Shown here one piece after another: positions 55,356 to 64,000 of a stretch of 64,000 nt of DNA; position 1 is the first letter of the stretch; the number at the start of each line of letters is the position of its first letter. This DNA comes from Gammaproteobacteria bacterium (GTDB taxonomy: Bacteria; Pseudomonadota; Gammaproteobacteria; SZUA-229): contig JAOUKT010000006.1 of the NCBI GenBank assembly GCA_029882395.1, positions 21,915-85,914 of the forward strand, given 5' to 3'. Position numbers and translations under genes: made by a program. The notes below the pieces were generated by a model. It was given only the letters and a program-made list of their open reading frames with translations, did no database searches and was not told the origin of the DNA.

Positions 55356-57950
55356 TTATTTTTTCTGAGCCGCTTTCATAGTTATCTGTGCGCATTTACG
55401 TAAATCTGATGCCATTTGAGCAGCATTTTGGTAGCGCTTTTCAATGTTCTTTGCCATTGCCCGATTGATAATGATGCTAATGCATCTGGGTAGTCCCTTG
55501 CGTATAGTGGCGGGATCAGGGTGGGGCTCATTGGCTATTTTATACATCAGTGCAGCCATCGATTCGGCCTGAAAAGGCAGTTCACCGGTGGCAAGCTGGT
55601 AAAGCATAACACCTAAAGAGAAAAGGTCTGAGCGTCCGTCGACCCTTTTTCCTGCCAGCTGTTCTGGCGACATGTAGGAAGGTGTGCCCAATACCATGCC
55701 TGTTTTTGTTTTACTGGAATCGGTAATGCGAGCGATTCCAAAATCAGTGATCTTTAATGCGTCAGTGTCCAGTTCATACATGATATTGGCCGGCTTGATA
55801 TCTCGGTGAACAACGCTTTGTTGATGGGCGTATTCAAGTGCATCAGCCGATCGGGCAATAACTGAAATCACTTTAAGCAATGGCAGCAGATTATCCGGCT
55901 TGGTGTACTCTGATAAATCTCTACCTTTAATGAACTCCATGGCGATATAGGCCAGGTCGTGTTCCTCGCCGGCATCATAAATAGTGACAATGTTGGGATG
56001 GCTTAGGCGGCCTGCGGTTTCGGCTTCCCTGAAAAATCGGTTTTTAACTTCCTGCAGTTCGTCGTCTTCAAATTCCTGAGAAAAGGCCATGGTTTTAATG
56101 GCCACAATACGGCTGATTTTTGGGTCTTTACCCAGATAGACTGCACCCATGGCGCCTTTGCCTAGCTCGCTTTCAACTTCGTAGCGGCCCAGCATCGGTT
56201 TCTGGACATTATTGCCACTGAGTAAAAGGCTGCTGCTGGTAGAGGCTGCGCTGGCACCGCCTAAAATAACAGTTTCTTCCATGGCTTTGGTGCGTGCCAT
56301 ACGTTGCGCTATATCTTTAAACTTAACATCAAAATCGGATATGTATTTATAAACAGAGCTGGCCTTATTGAACTGGCGTTTTCTCTCGTAATCCAGCGCA
56401 AGGTTATAGAGCAGTTCCATGGCCGATTTATCTAGCGGAACCTTTCTGAATTTTTCAAATGCCATGTCGAGCTGGCCCTGGCCCTGAAACGAAAGCCCGA
56501 GCATGCGGTTGCTTTCGGCGGACTCAAAATCAGATTTTAATTTTCCGCGTTCAGTTAACAGAAAATGTTTGGTTGTTAGCAGTAAGTGCCCTGTAATAAG
56601 CAATAATACCGGCAACATTAGTTCTATCCACCAGTTTTGCTGAGTCATTAAAACATAATGTGTCAGCAGCAGGGCAATGGTGAGCACCGCAGTAATAGTG
56701 AATGCCATGGCGGCATTTAATTTAGGCAGGATCAATATCAAATAAATAGCGATAAATAAAATCAAAAATGGTCTGGAGAACTTGCTCCATTCAGGCACAA
56801 TGAAAAAGTCCTGCTTCAATATACTGGAAACAGAATGTGCCAGGGTTTCCACAGGTGTCATCGAAGGTTTTATCGGCGTTACCTGTGTGGTGCCAATTCC
56901 AAAAGCCGTGGCACCAATTAAGACAATTTTACCTTTGTATTTTTCAACGGGAATTTTACCGCTGATAACGTCATAAAATGAATCAATCTGAAAGGCTGAC
57001 TGGCCGTTCTCTTTGTCATTATAATAGTAGGTGTGCATCTGTAATGCTTCATCAGTCAGTATGTTTAACTTGCCGAGCTGTATGCCTTCACCCAGTTTAA
57101 TTTGAATATCGCTTAAGTTTAAATTCAGACCCTTTGTTGCTAATACTAGTGCCAGTGAAGGATAGTATGAACCATAGTGGTCAACAATTAATGATTCGTG
57201 CCTGATGGCTCCGTCAATATCGGGTGTTGAGGTCAGATTGCCGATGGCCAAGGCATCTTCTGCAAGTTTCATAATAGGTGAGACGGCATCGTTGGTAGTG
57301 CGGGGTAAATACCCGAGCTCGACTGCCAGGGCCATATTTGTCGCAGGCTGTAAAAAGTTTTTTGTTACATAATCAGGTAATTCTGCATTTTGGTTGCCGA
57401 ACTGTGGGCCAAAAATAAAAGGCATCGAGAGCACTACTTTGGCATTTTTTTTAATGGCAGCAGCAAGAATTCGGTCGGTGTTTAATTCTTGTTCAGCTTG
57501 AAGCAGGTTGTTTTTCAGTATAGCCAGATCATTTACAATACTGCTGGCCTGTTGAGAGTTCTTGTTTTTCAGGTTTTGCGGAATAGAAGGCAGCTGGCTG
57601 TTGTCGTAAAAACTGATCAGTTCGTTGACAATGTCCAGCCCGGGGTCTTGCTGTGGTTCAGTAAAGAAAATAGTCTGGCCGATAACGGCGGTATCTGTCT
57701 TGCTGAGAAAGTTAAGTAATTTTGCGTGTTTGTCACGAGGCCATGGCCAGCGGCCTAAGTTTGCGATGCTGTTATCATCGATGGCGATAATAGCAATTTT
57801 ATTACTGGGCTTTTTATTAGATGCGCGTACCCCGAAGTCATAGGCACTTCGTTCGATTTCGGTAATAAACTCACTACCGGAAAACATGATAAATGTAAAT
57901 GTAATAACAATACCGGCAAACCAGTCGCTTTGCCAGATTCCCTTATTCAT
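55356..57950 (-). CDS. CHASE2-domain Hanks-type Ser/Thr protein kinase
   Basis: CHASE2 (IDDNSI..LGRWPWPR), TM helices, TPR-like segment, kinase motifs LGKGAMG, VAIK, HRDIKPAN, DFG, GTPSYMSPE. Confidence 0.94.
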   Translation of the reverse strand: MNKGIWQSDWFAGIVITFTFIMFSGSEFITEIERSAYDFGVRASNKKPSNKIAIIAIDDNSIANLGRWPWPRDKHAKLLNFLSKTDTAVIGQTIFFTEPQQDPGLDIVNELISFYDNSQLPSIPQNLKNKNSQQASSIVNDLAILKNNLLQAEQELNTDRILAAAIKKNAKVVLSMPFIFGPQFGNQNAELPDYVTKNFLQPATNMALAVELGYLPRTTNDAVSPIMKLAEDALAIGNLTSTPDIDGAIRHESLIVDHYGSYYPSLALVLATKGLNLNLSDIQIKLGEGIQLGKLNILTDEALQMHTYYYNDKENGQSAFQIDSFYDVISGKIPVEKYKGKIVLIGATAFGIGTTQVTPIKPSMTPVETLAHSVSSILKQDFFIVPEWSKFSRPFLILFIAIYLILILPKLNAAMAFTITAVLTIALLLTHYVLMTQQNWWIELMLPVLLLITGHLLLTTKHFLLTERGKLKSDFESAESNRMLGLSFQGQGQLDMAFEKFRKVPLDKSAMELLYNLALDYERKRQFNKASSVYKYISDFDVKFKDIAQRMARTKAMEETVILGGASAASTSSSLLLSGNNVQKPMLGRYEVESELGKGAMGAVYLGKDPKISRIVAIKTMAFSQEFEDDELQEVKNRFFREAETAGRLSHPNIVTIYDAGEEHDLAYIAMEFIKGRDLSEYTKPDNLLPLLKVISVIARSADALEYAHQQSVVHRDIKPANIMYELDTDALKITDFGIARITDSSKTKTGMVLGTPSYMSPEQLAGKRVDGRSDLFSLGVMLYQLATGELPFQAESMAALMYKIANEPHPDPATIRKGLPRCISIIINRAMAKNIEKRYQNAAQMASDLRKCAQITMKAAQKK

Positions 57951-58100
57951 TTATTGCCGTCCCCATCGGATTATAAAAATTATTGTCTGATATTAGACTA
58001 AAAACAATGACTTGCATATCAACATTGAACAAAAGATTATGTTTTCTAAGGTTAATTCGGGGCTTTGAAATAGTAGCTTGCGCTAATATTGCCAGCCTTG

Positions 58101-59039
58101 TTATAGCCAGTGTTGCAGCTGGTCAGTATAAATGAGATTAATCATTGTTTTACTGACGCCTCGGGTAAAACGCTCAAATAAGTCTGGTTGATAGGTATAG
58201 TCTACGATTTTATTCTGACCTATGATTTCACGCGCAACATAGGCGGAGCTGCCTAAATCATCGATTAATCCTAATTCTATACTTTGTTCACCATTCCAGA
58301 TCAGTCCGCTAAATAAGGTCGGGTCATTCTTCAGGCGTGAACCTCGTCCGGCTTTTACATCATCGATAAATTGTTTGTGTGTGCTGGCCAGCAGAGTTGT
58401 CATGTGAGTTTCCGCTTTTTCATTTCTGGGTGAAAAAGGATCCAGCATGGCTTTGTTTTCACCCGCGGTGAGTTGTCTTCGTTCAATTCCCAGTTTTTCC
58501 ATGGTGCCGGTAAAACCAAAACTGCTAAGGCGTACGCCGATTGAGCCAATCAGGCTGGATTTGTTGGCGAAAATTTGTTCTGTAGCTGAGGCGACATAAT
58601 AGCCGCCAGATGCACAAATATCAGTGATAACGGCGTAAATGGGTTTGTCTGAATTCAGCTTTCTGAGGCGGTTGATTTCGTTATAAATCATGCCTGCCTG
58701 CACAGGTGTGCCTCCCGGGCTATTGATTTCAAGGATGATACCGGTTGCATTTTTGTTTCTGAAGGCATCTTGCAGGCCTTCAATTATGCTGTCAGCACCT
58801 GCCGGTTCACCAGGCATAATGCCGCCGGCCAGCTTAATAATAGCGGTGTGTTTCTGGGTAATGCCGGATGTTTCGTTAATATTGTTGGAGCTGAGAATAA
58901 TAATGAATAACAGTAAGTAAGCAAAGCCAAGGAGTTTGAAAAATATACCCCAGCGACGAGAACGGCGCTGTTCTTTAATACCGGCCAGTGCAATAGCTTT
59001 TATGGCTTCTTTTTCCCAGTTATCATTTGATTCAGACAT
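58101..59039 (-). CDS. sppA: S49 family signal peptide peptidase (short SppA type)
   Basis: N-terminal TM helix, INSPGG, CASGGYY, GSIGV, G.NK. Confidence 0.9.
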   Translation of the reverse strand: MSESNDNWEKEAIKAIALAGIKEQRRSRRWGIFFKLLGFAYLLLFIIILSSNNINETSGITQKHTAIIKLAGGIMPGEPAGADSIIEGLQDAFRNKNATGIILEINSPGGTPVQAGMIYNEINRLRKLNSDKPIYAVITDICASGGYYVASATEQIFANKSSLIGSIGVRLSSFGFTGTMEKLGIERRQLTAGENKAMLDPFSPRNEKAETHMTTLLASTHKQFIDDVKAGRGSRLKNDPTLFSGLIWNGEQSIELGLIDDLGSSAYVAREIIGQNKIVDYTYQPDLFERFTRGVSKTMINLIYTDQLQHWL

Positions 59040-59077
59040 AATCAGTACTTTTTTGTTAAATGTTATTATTTTTATTT

Positions 59078-59740
59078 TTATTTTACCTGATTTTCAAGCC
59101 ACTCTGGCAGCTCATGCAGGTGATTAATATGACCTAAAGGCGCATGTTTTAACAATCGCTCCAGAGAGTGTACACCATAACTTACAGCTAGGCAGTGTGT
59201 GCCGGCATTTTTGGCTAATTCCATGTCATATTCCGTGTCCCCAATCATCAGGGTCTGTGCCGGTTCAACGGCCAGTTCATGCATGATTTCTTCTAGCATT
59301 AGAGGGTGGGGCTTGGAAAAGGTTTCTGATGCGCAGCGCGTGCTCAGGAAAAACGCACCCAGGCCGCTTTCATTTAAGACCAGATCCAGTCCCTCTCTGC
59401 CTTTGCCGGTAGCAACAGCCAGCCAGTAGCCTGCATCATGTAAGCGTTGCAGCATCTCCCGGGTGCCTTCGAATAATGGGCTATGGGTTTTATTTTCAAC
59501 CAGGTAATGGTATCGATAGCGATCGGCGTATTGCTGTACTTGATGGGCAGTAAAGTCAGGGTATAAGTTTTCAGTGGCTTCTTTTAAGCCCAAACCAATG
59601 ACGTTGCTGAACACTTCATCACCCAGTTGTGTCGCACCGCAGTCTTTAGCAGCGGCTTTTAAGCAATCCAGAATTCTCTGCTGGGAGTCCATGATGGTGC
59701 CGTCCCAGTCAAACACAATCAGCTCAAAGTTTTTTTTCAT
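59078..59740 (-). CDS. HAD-IA hydrolase (phosphoglycolate phosphatase-like)
   Basis: FDWDGT, ATGK, SKPHP, MIGDT.YD; start at 59740 overlaps the end of rluC. Confidence 0.9.
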   Translation of the reverse strand: MKKNFELIVFDWDGTIMDSQQRILDCLKAAAKDCGATQLGDEVFSNVIGLGLKEATENLYPDFTAHQVQQYADRYRYHYLVENKTHSPLFEGTREMLQRLHDAGYWLAVATGKGREGLDLVLNESGLGAFFLSTRCASETFSKPHPLMLEEIMHELAVEPAQTLMIGDTEYDMELAKNAGTHCLAVSYGVHSLERLLKHAPLGHINHLHELPEWLENQVK

Positions 59741-60683
59741 GTTGTCGTAGTGTCTCAATAGTATTTTTCAGCTTGTCTTCCAGTGGTGCGGTGACATGAA
59801 CAGGGCCATTTAAATCAAATTCAAGATAGCGTGCGTGCAGAAACATTCGGTTGAGCCCGGCCTGTTTCATTTGCAGGTTAAATTGTTTGTCGCCGTATTT
59901 TTCATCACCAGCCACGGGGTGAGCTTCACTGGCTGCATGCACACGTATCTGATGTGTTCTGCCGGTTAATAAAGTGACTTCAACCAGGCTGCAGTCAGCA
60001 AATTGTTCAGTTTGCTTAAACAGGCTGATCGCGGTTTTGCCGGCTGGGTTAACAGTAACCATGCGTTCCCCGCTTTTTATCTCGTTTTTACTCAGTGGTG
60101 CATCGATACGCTGTTCTGTATCAGGCCAGTGGCCTTTTGTTAGTGTCAGGTACTTCTTCTTTATGTTATGGCTGGTGTTAAATAAAGCATTGAGCTGGGT
60201 TAAGGCGCTGCGCGACTTTGCCAGTAGCAGGCAGCCGCTGGTTTGTCTGTCCAGTCGGTGAACCAGCTCTATGAATGTATTTGCAAAACGTTCGGCACGC
60301 AAAATATCGATGACACCGTAGTTCACGCCGCTGCCGGCATGAACGGCCAGCCCAGCTGGCTTATTAATAATGATCAGGTCCTCATTCTCAAAAAGAACGG
60401 ACTCATTCAGTGTTTGTATAAGTCGTTCAGAAATCATGGGCTGCTGGCTTTCCGTGACCCGAACCGGTGGTATCCTGACCAGGTCACCAGAGCTTAAGCG
60501 GTGACTGGGTTTGATGCGGCCTTTATTGACGCGCACTTCACCGCTGCGCAAGATTTTATATATACGGCTTTTGGGCACGCCTTTGAGTTTTGACATTAAG
60601 TAATTGTCTATTCTCTGGCCATCGTTATCAGCGTTAATTTCAAGGATCTGAACTTTGATTGGGGGGGAGGTGGGTATCGACAT
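59724..60683 (-). CDS. rluC: 23S rRNA pseudouridine 955/2504/2580 synthase
   Basis: S4 domain GQRIDNYL, NKPAGLAVH, HRLDRQTSG, TGRTHQIRVH; divergent from rne; real start ATG at 60683. Confidence 0.95.
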   Translation of the reverse strand: MSIPTSPPIKVQILEINADNDGQRIDNYLMSKLKGVPKSRIYKILRSGEVRVNKGRIKPSHRLSSGDLVRIPPVRVTESQQPMISERLIQTLNESVLFENEDLIIINKPAGLAVHAGSGVNYGVIDILRAERFANTFIELVHRLDRQTSGCLLLAKSRSALTQLNALFNTSHNIKKKYLTLTKGHWPDTEQRIDAPLSKNEIKSGERMVTVNPAGKTAISLFKQTEQFADCSLVEVTLLTGRTHQIRVHAASEAHPVAGDEKYGDKQFNLQMKQAGLNRMFLHARYLEFDLNGPVHVTAPLEDKLKNTIETLRQHEKKL

Positions 60684-60689
60684 CTTTAG

Positions 60690-60698
60690 ATTATACCA
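60690..60698 (-). promoter_or_regulatory. Extended -10 promoter immediately upstream of rluC
   Basis: Minus strand TGGTATAAT, then CTAAAG, then ATG. Confidence 0.65.
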
Positions 60699-60770
60699 TC
60701 CGGAGCGAATATCTTTGGATAAATATATCGCTAAAGCCTCTTTACATCTTAACTTAAATAATGCCAGAAT

Positions 60771-61115
60771 AGGAGTGCGGTAAAAGAACAAAATTCCGCA
60801 CCCTGACAGGCTTATGGCCTACTATTAAGGGTATAGACACGAGAGTTCCCGCTCAATTAAGGCGGAAGAATAATTTTAGTTTGGTATGCAATAGGGCATG
60901 TCGAATAACAAAATAAACAACATAAGTTACTGTATTTACTGTGGATATTGCTTTTCATACATCTGGTGAACCTGCTTTGTGGGTTGCCATCTTGATTTCA
61001 TCGTTGTTGCCGGTGGCGCTTAAGATCGCCCCAAAAAAGCCAGCGATAGATTTCGATCGACGTCTTAAACCATCAGACGTAAAAGCAGTGCCGCACTTCC
61101 CAGGTTTAAATCAAA
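60771..61115 (+). promoter_or_regulatory. Long rne 5' UTR (probable autoregulatory leader)
   Basis: About 345 nt of non-coding sequence downstream of a TTTACA-N18-CAGAAT (TG-extended) candidate promoter at 60741-60770; early GTGCGG/CCGCAC stem. Confidence 0.5.
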
Positions 61116-63365
61116 ATGAAACGAATTTTAATCAATGCAACTCAAAAAGAAGAGTTGCGTGTGGCTATGGTAGAGGGCCAAAAACTCTACGATCTCGATA
61201 TCGAAATCCCATCACGGGAACAGAAAAAGGCCAATATCTATAAGGGTACCATTACCCGTATTGAGCCCAGTCTTGAAGCGGCATTTGTAGATTATGGCGC
61301 AGAGCGCCATGGTTTCTTGTCATTCAAAGAAGTGGCTCGCAGCTATTTTTCCGAAGAGGCCAAAAAAGCTGATGGTCGCCCCGATATTAAAACTGCGCTC
61401 AGAGAAGGTCAGGAAGTTGTTGTCCAGATCGATAAAGAAGAGCGTGGTAATAAAGGCGCTGCGTTAACTACATTTATCAGTCTTGCGGGTCGATATATGG
61501 TGTTGATGCCCAATAATCCGCGTGCGGGTGGTGTTTCCAGACGCATAGAAGGCGATGATCGCAGTGAGATTCGCGAAATCATGAACAATCTCAACACCCC
61601 GGAAGGCATGGGTTTGATTGTTCGTACTGCCGGTGTTGGTCGAAATCAGGAAGAATTACAGTGGGACTTGAATTATTTAATTCAGGTCTGGACCGCGATT
61701 GATGCGGCATCACAAAAGAAAGCGCCTTTCCTTATTTATCAGGAAAGCAATGTCATTATCCGCGCTTTGCGTGATTACTTCCGTAATGACATCGGGGAGA
61801 TTTTAATTGATGATCCGGATGTTTTCAAAACCGCTGAAGATTTTATTAAACAGGTTATGCCTAATAATCTTAAGAAGATCAAGTTATACGAAGATAGCAT
61901 TCCTTTATTTAATCGATTCCAGATTGAAAGCCAGATAGAATCGGCTTATCAGCGCGAAGTGCGCTTGCCGTCAGGCGGCGCAATTGTCATCGATCATACT
62001 GAAGCCTTGATTTCGATTGACGTCAACTCTGCCCGTGCAACAAAAGGCAGTGATATTGAAGAAACAGCGTTTAATACCAATCTTGAATCGGCCGATGAAG
62101 TTGCTCGTCAACTGCGCTTAAGGGATCTCGGTGGTCTGGTGGTGATTGATTTCATTGATATGGTCTCAAACCGGCATCAGCGCGAAGTGGAAAACCGTTT
62201 ACGGGATGCGTTAAAAGTAGATCGTGCTCGCGTTCAGGTTGGCAGAATTTCTCGTTTTGGATTATTGGAAATGTCTCGTCAGAGATTGCGTCCTTCTTTA
62301 GGTGAAGCAACGCAGATTGTTTGTCCTCGCTGTTCGGGTCACGGCACCATTCGAAGCACTGAGTCATTAGCGGTTTCAATTATGCGCTTACTTGAAGAAG
62401 AAGCATTGAAGGAACAGACCGGGCAGGTAAATTTGCAAACACCTGTTGATGTGGCTACTTATCTTTTGAATGAAAAGCGTGAAGGTATCGCTGAGATACA
62501 GAAAAACACCAGTGTCAAAATTGTCGTTATTCCTAATCCAGGCATGGTCACACCACAGTATGAAATCGTCCGTGTTCGTAATAGCGAACAAGAGGAAATA
62601 GCGTCTTCAAGTAGCTATCAATTATTAAAAGAAATTGAAGAAGAGAGTACTTCTCAGGCGGTTTCTGAGTCAGCTAAAATAGAGCAGCCAGCGGTCCGCT
62701 CAGTTTCTCCTTCTGCACCTGTTCCGGTTCATGGAGCAGCTAAAAGTACTGCGCCTGCTTCTGCTAAAGTTAAAAAGCCGGGCTTCTTTTCCCGCTTAAT
62801 AGATTTGCTGTTTGGTGCCGGCGATACAAAGCCTAAAAACAAACCGCGTTCAACTACTGGCAGGGATGATCAGCGTGGTCGATCCACAGGTAAACAAGGT
62901 GAGCGTCGCCGAGGAAGTCAGCAAAAAGGCAGGGGGCGTAATGAGCGCCGCGGTGGTCGAAAGCAGTCTGATTCAGCGGCGCCACAAAAACAACAGTCAA
63001 AACAACCTAAGCAAACTAATGAGCGCGCCGCTGAGAAGACCGACAGTGCGCCGGCATCTGCTGATACAGCGAGTCAAAATGCTGGCAATCGAGGCAATCG
63101 GGGGCGCAGAGGCGGGCGCAACCGCGGTCGCGGTCGTAATCCAGGCCAGCAAAAACAAGTATCGGAAGTGTCAGCTAACGTGGCAGCTTCAGCAGGAAGC
63201 CAGTCTGACGATCAGTCATCTGCTCAAAAGCCTGCACCGATGGCTTCGCCGGCTGCCATTAATAAAACAGAAACGAGTTCAAATGTAGCTGCTGCACCAG
63301 CCAAGGTAGAAAAGCTGCCTGCTGCTGAAAAAGCATCGCCTGTAGTTAAGTCTGAGGATAATTAA
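61116..63365 (+). CDS. rne: Ribonuclease E
   Basis: [32 protein letters not shown] Zn-link, membrane-targeting [12 protein letters not shown], Arg-rich disordered tail. Confidence 0.98.
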   Translation: MKRILINATQKEELRVAMVEGQKLYDLDIEIPSREQKKANIYKGTITRIEPSLEAAFVDYGAERHGFLSFKEVARSYFSEEAKKADGRPDIKTALREGQEVVVQIDKEERGNKGAALTTFISLAGRYMVLMPNNPRAGGVSRRIEGDDRSEIREIMNNLNTPEGMGLIVRTAGVGRNQEELQWDLNYLIQVWTAIDAASQKKAPFLIYQESNVIIRALRDYFRNDIGEILIDDPDVFKTAEDFIKQVMPNNLKKIKLYEDSIPLFNRFQIESQIESAYQREVRLPSGGAIVIDHTEALISIDVNSARATKGSDIEETAFNTNLESADEVARQLRLRDLGGLVVIDFIDMVSNRHQREVENRLRDALKVDRARVQVGRISRFGLLEMSRQRLRPSLGEATQIVCPRCSGHGTIRSTESLAVSIMRLLEEEALKEQTGQVNLQTPVDVATYLLNEKREGIAEIQKNTSVKIVVIPNPGMVTPQYEIVRVRNSEQEEIASSSSYQLLKEIEEESTSQAVSESAKIEQPAVRSVSPSAPVPVHGAAKSTAPASAKVKKPGFFSRLIDLLFGAGDTKPKNKPRSTTGRDDQRGRSTGKQGERRRGSQQKGRGRNERRGGRKQSDSAAPQKQQSKQPKQTNERAAEKTDSAPASADTASQNAGNRGNRGRRGGRNRGRGRNPGQQKQVSEVSANVAASAGSQSDDQSSAQKPAPMASPAAINKTETSSNVAAAPAKVEKLPAAEKASPVVKSEDN

Positions 63366-63380
63366 AGCAATCTAACAGTC

Positions 63381-63416
63381 GTCATTGGCTTGCGCATACA
63401 TCGCAGGTTCAATGAC
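63381..63416. terminator. Hairpin between convergent rne and the phosphatase gene
   Basis: GTCATTG-G-CTTGCG-N7-CGCAGG-TT-CAATGAC. Confidence 0.5.
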
Positions 63417-63889
63417 TACCTGTTCTCAGTCTGTATTTTCTTTAACAGTCCACTGGCTGCGTCTTCCACCAGATCAAAGACGTGATCAAAGCCGCTGGCA
63501 CCGCCATAATAAGGATCCGGTACTTCTGTTTCCTCAAAATTATCGGCGTAATTCATGAAAAGCTCGATCTTGTAGTGCAAATGGCCGGGGCAAGTCTGCA
63601 TGAGTGCCGCCAGATTATCTGCGTCCATCGCTAGAATATGGTCGAACTTGTCAAAATCATCTGCATCAACTTTGCGCGCTCTTAGTTGGCCCATGTCGAT
63701 ATTTCTATTGTTTGCTGTAGCCAGAGAGCGGCCATCGGGTGGCTCTCCTATATGGTAGGCGTGAGTTCCTGCTGAGTCGATGTGTAGCCGGTCTATGAGC
63801 TTGTTTTTTTCTGCGAGGTGCCTGAATACACCTTCTGCTGTTGGTGACCTGCAAATGTTGCCCATGCAGACAAATAATACTTTTATCAT
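63416..63889 (-). CDS. Low molecular weight protein-tyrosine phosphatase
   Basis: VLFVCMGNICRSP, DSAGT, VPDPYYGG; probable start at 63889. Confidence 0.94.
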   Translation of the reverse strand: MIKVLFVCMGNICRSPTAEGVFRHLAEKNKLIDRLHIDSAGTHAYHIGEPPDGRSLATANNRNIDMGQLRARKVDADDFDKFDHILAMDADNLAALMQTCPGHLHYKIELFMNYADNFEETEVPDPYYGGASGFDHVFDLVEDAASGLLKKIQTENR

Positions 63890-64000
63890 GTAATACCTCT
63901 GTGATTGAAATTCTGCTTCATAGTACAATGTCTCAAAATTTAAAAGAATCTGTCTTTAGTACAATTGTGGGATGCTATGCTGCGAATATACAACAGCCTG

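Noticed and set aside
60941..61243. 100-aa ORF upstream of and overlapping rne
   Set aside because: Lies in the rne leader, overlaps rne out of frame, has no recognisable motif or SD; cannot be supported as a leader peptide.
62812..63288. 158-aa alternative-frame ORF inside the rne tail
   Set aside because: By-product of low-complexity codons in the disordered region.

Overview
Chromosomal backbone of a Gammaproteobacterium with AT-rich intergenic regions. I found no tRNA, rRNA, IS, prophage or CRISPR. Conserved housekeeping blocks: dapE, glnD-map, rpsB-tsf-pyrH-frr-uppS-cdsA-dxr-rseP-bamA-skp-lpxD-fabZ-lpxA, zapE, pyrG-kdsA-eno-ftsB-ispD-ispF, nagZ-mscS-hpt, pdxJ / barA(gacS) / cysM-rlmD, and rluC / rne. 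Poorly characterised envelope and signalling modules sit between them. The best candidate for an undescribed system is a tightly packed TonB-dependent receptor + orphan periplasmic binding-like protein + BarA/GacS kinase operon (45510-51315), a possible outer-membrane-to-kinase signal relay. It is flanked on one side by a CHASE2 adenylate cyclase plus an HD protein resembling class I phosphodiesterases, and on the other by a CHASE2 Ser/Thr kinase-PP2C-double FHA operon. Other notable items are a periplasmic VWA protein paired with a membrane-anchored coiled-coil protein, a small membrane protein + tandem-RCK K+ channel + MltF-like lipoprotein (the last is missing from the ORF track), a TPMT coupled to an M16C presequence-type protease, and an apparently leaderless rluC. 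All calls come from motif recognition and gene context; no database searches were run.
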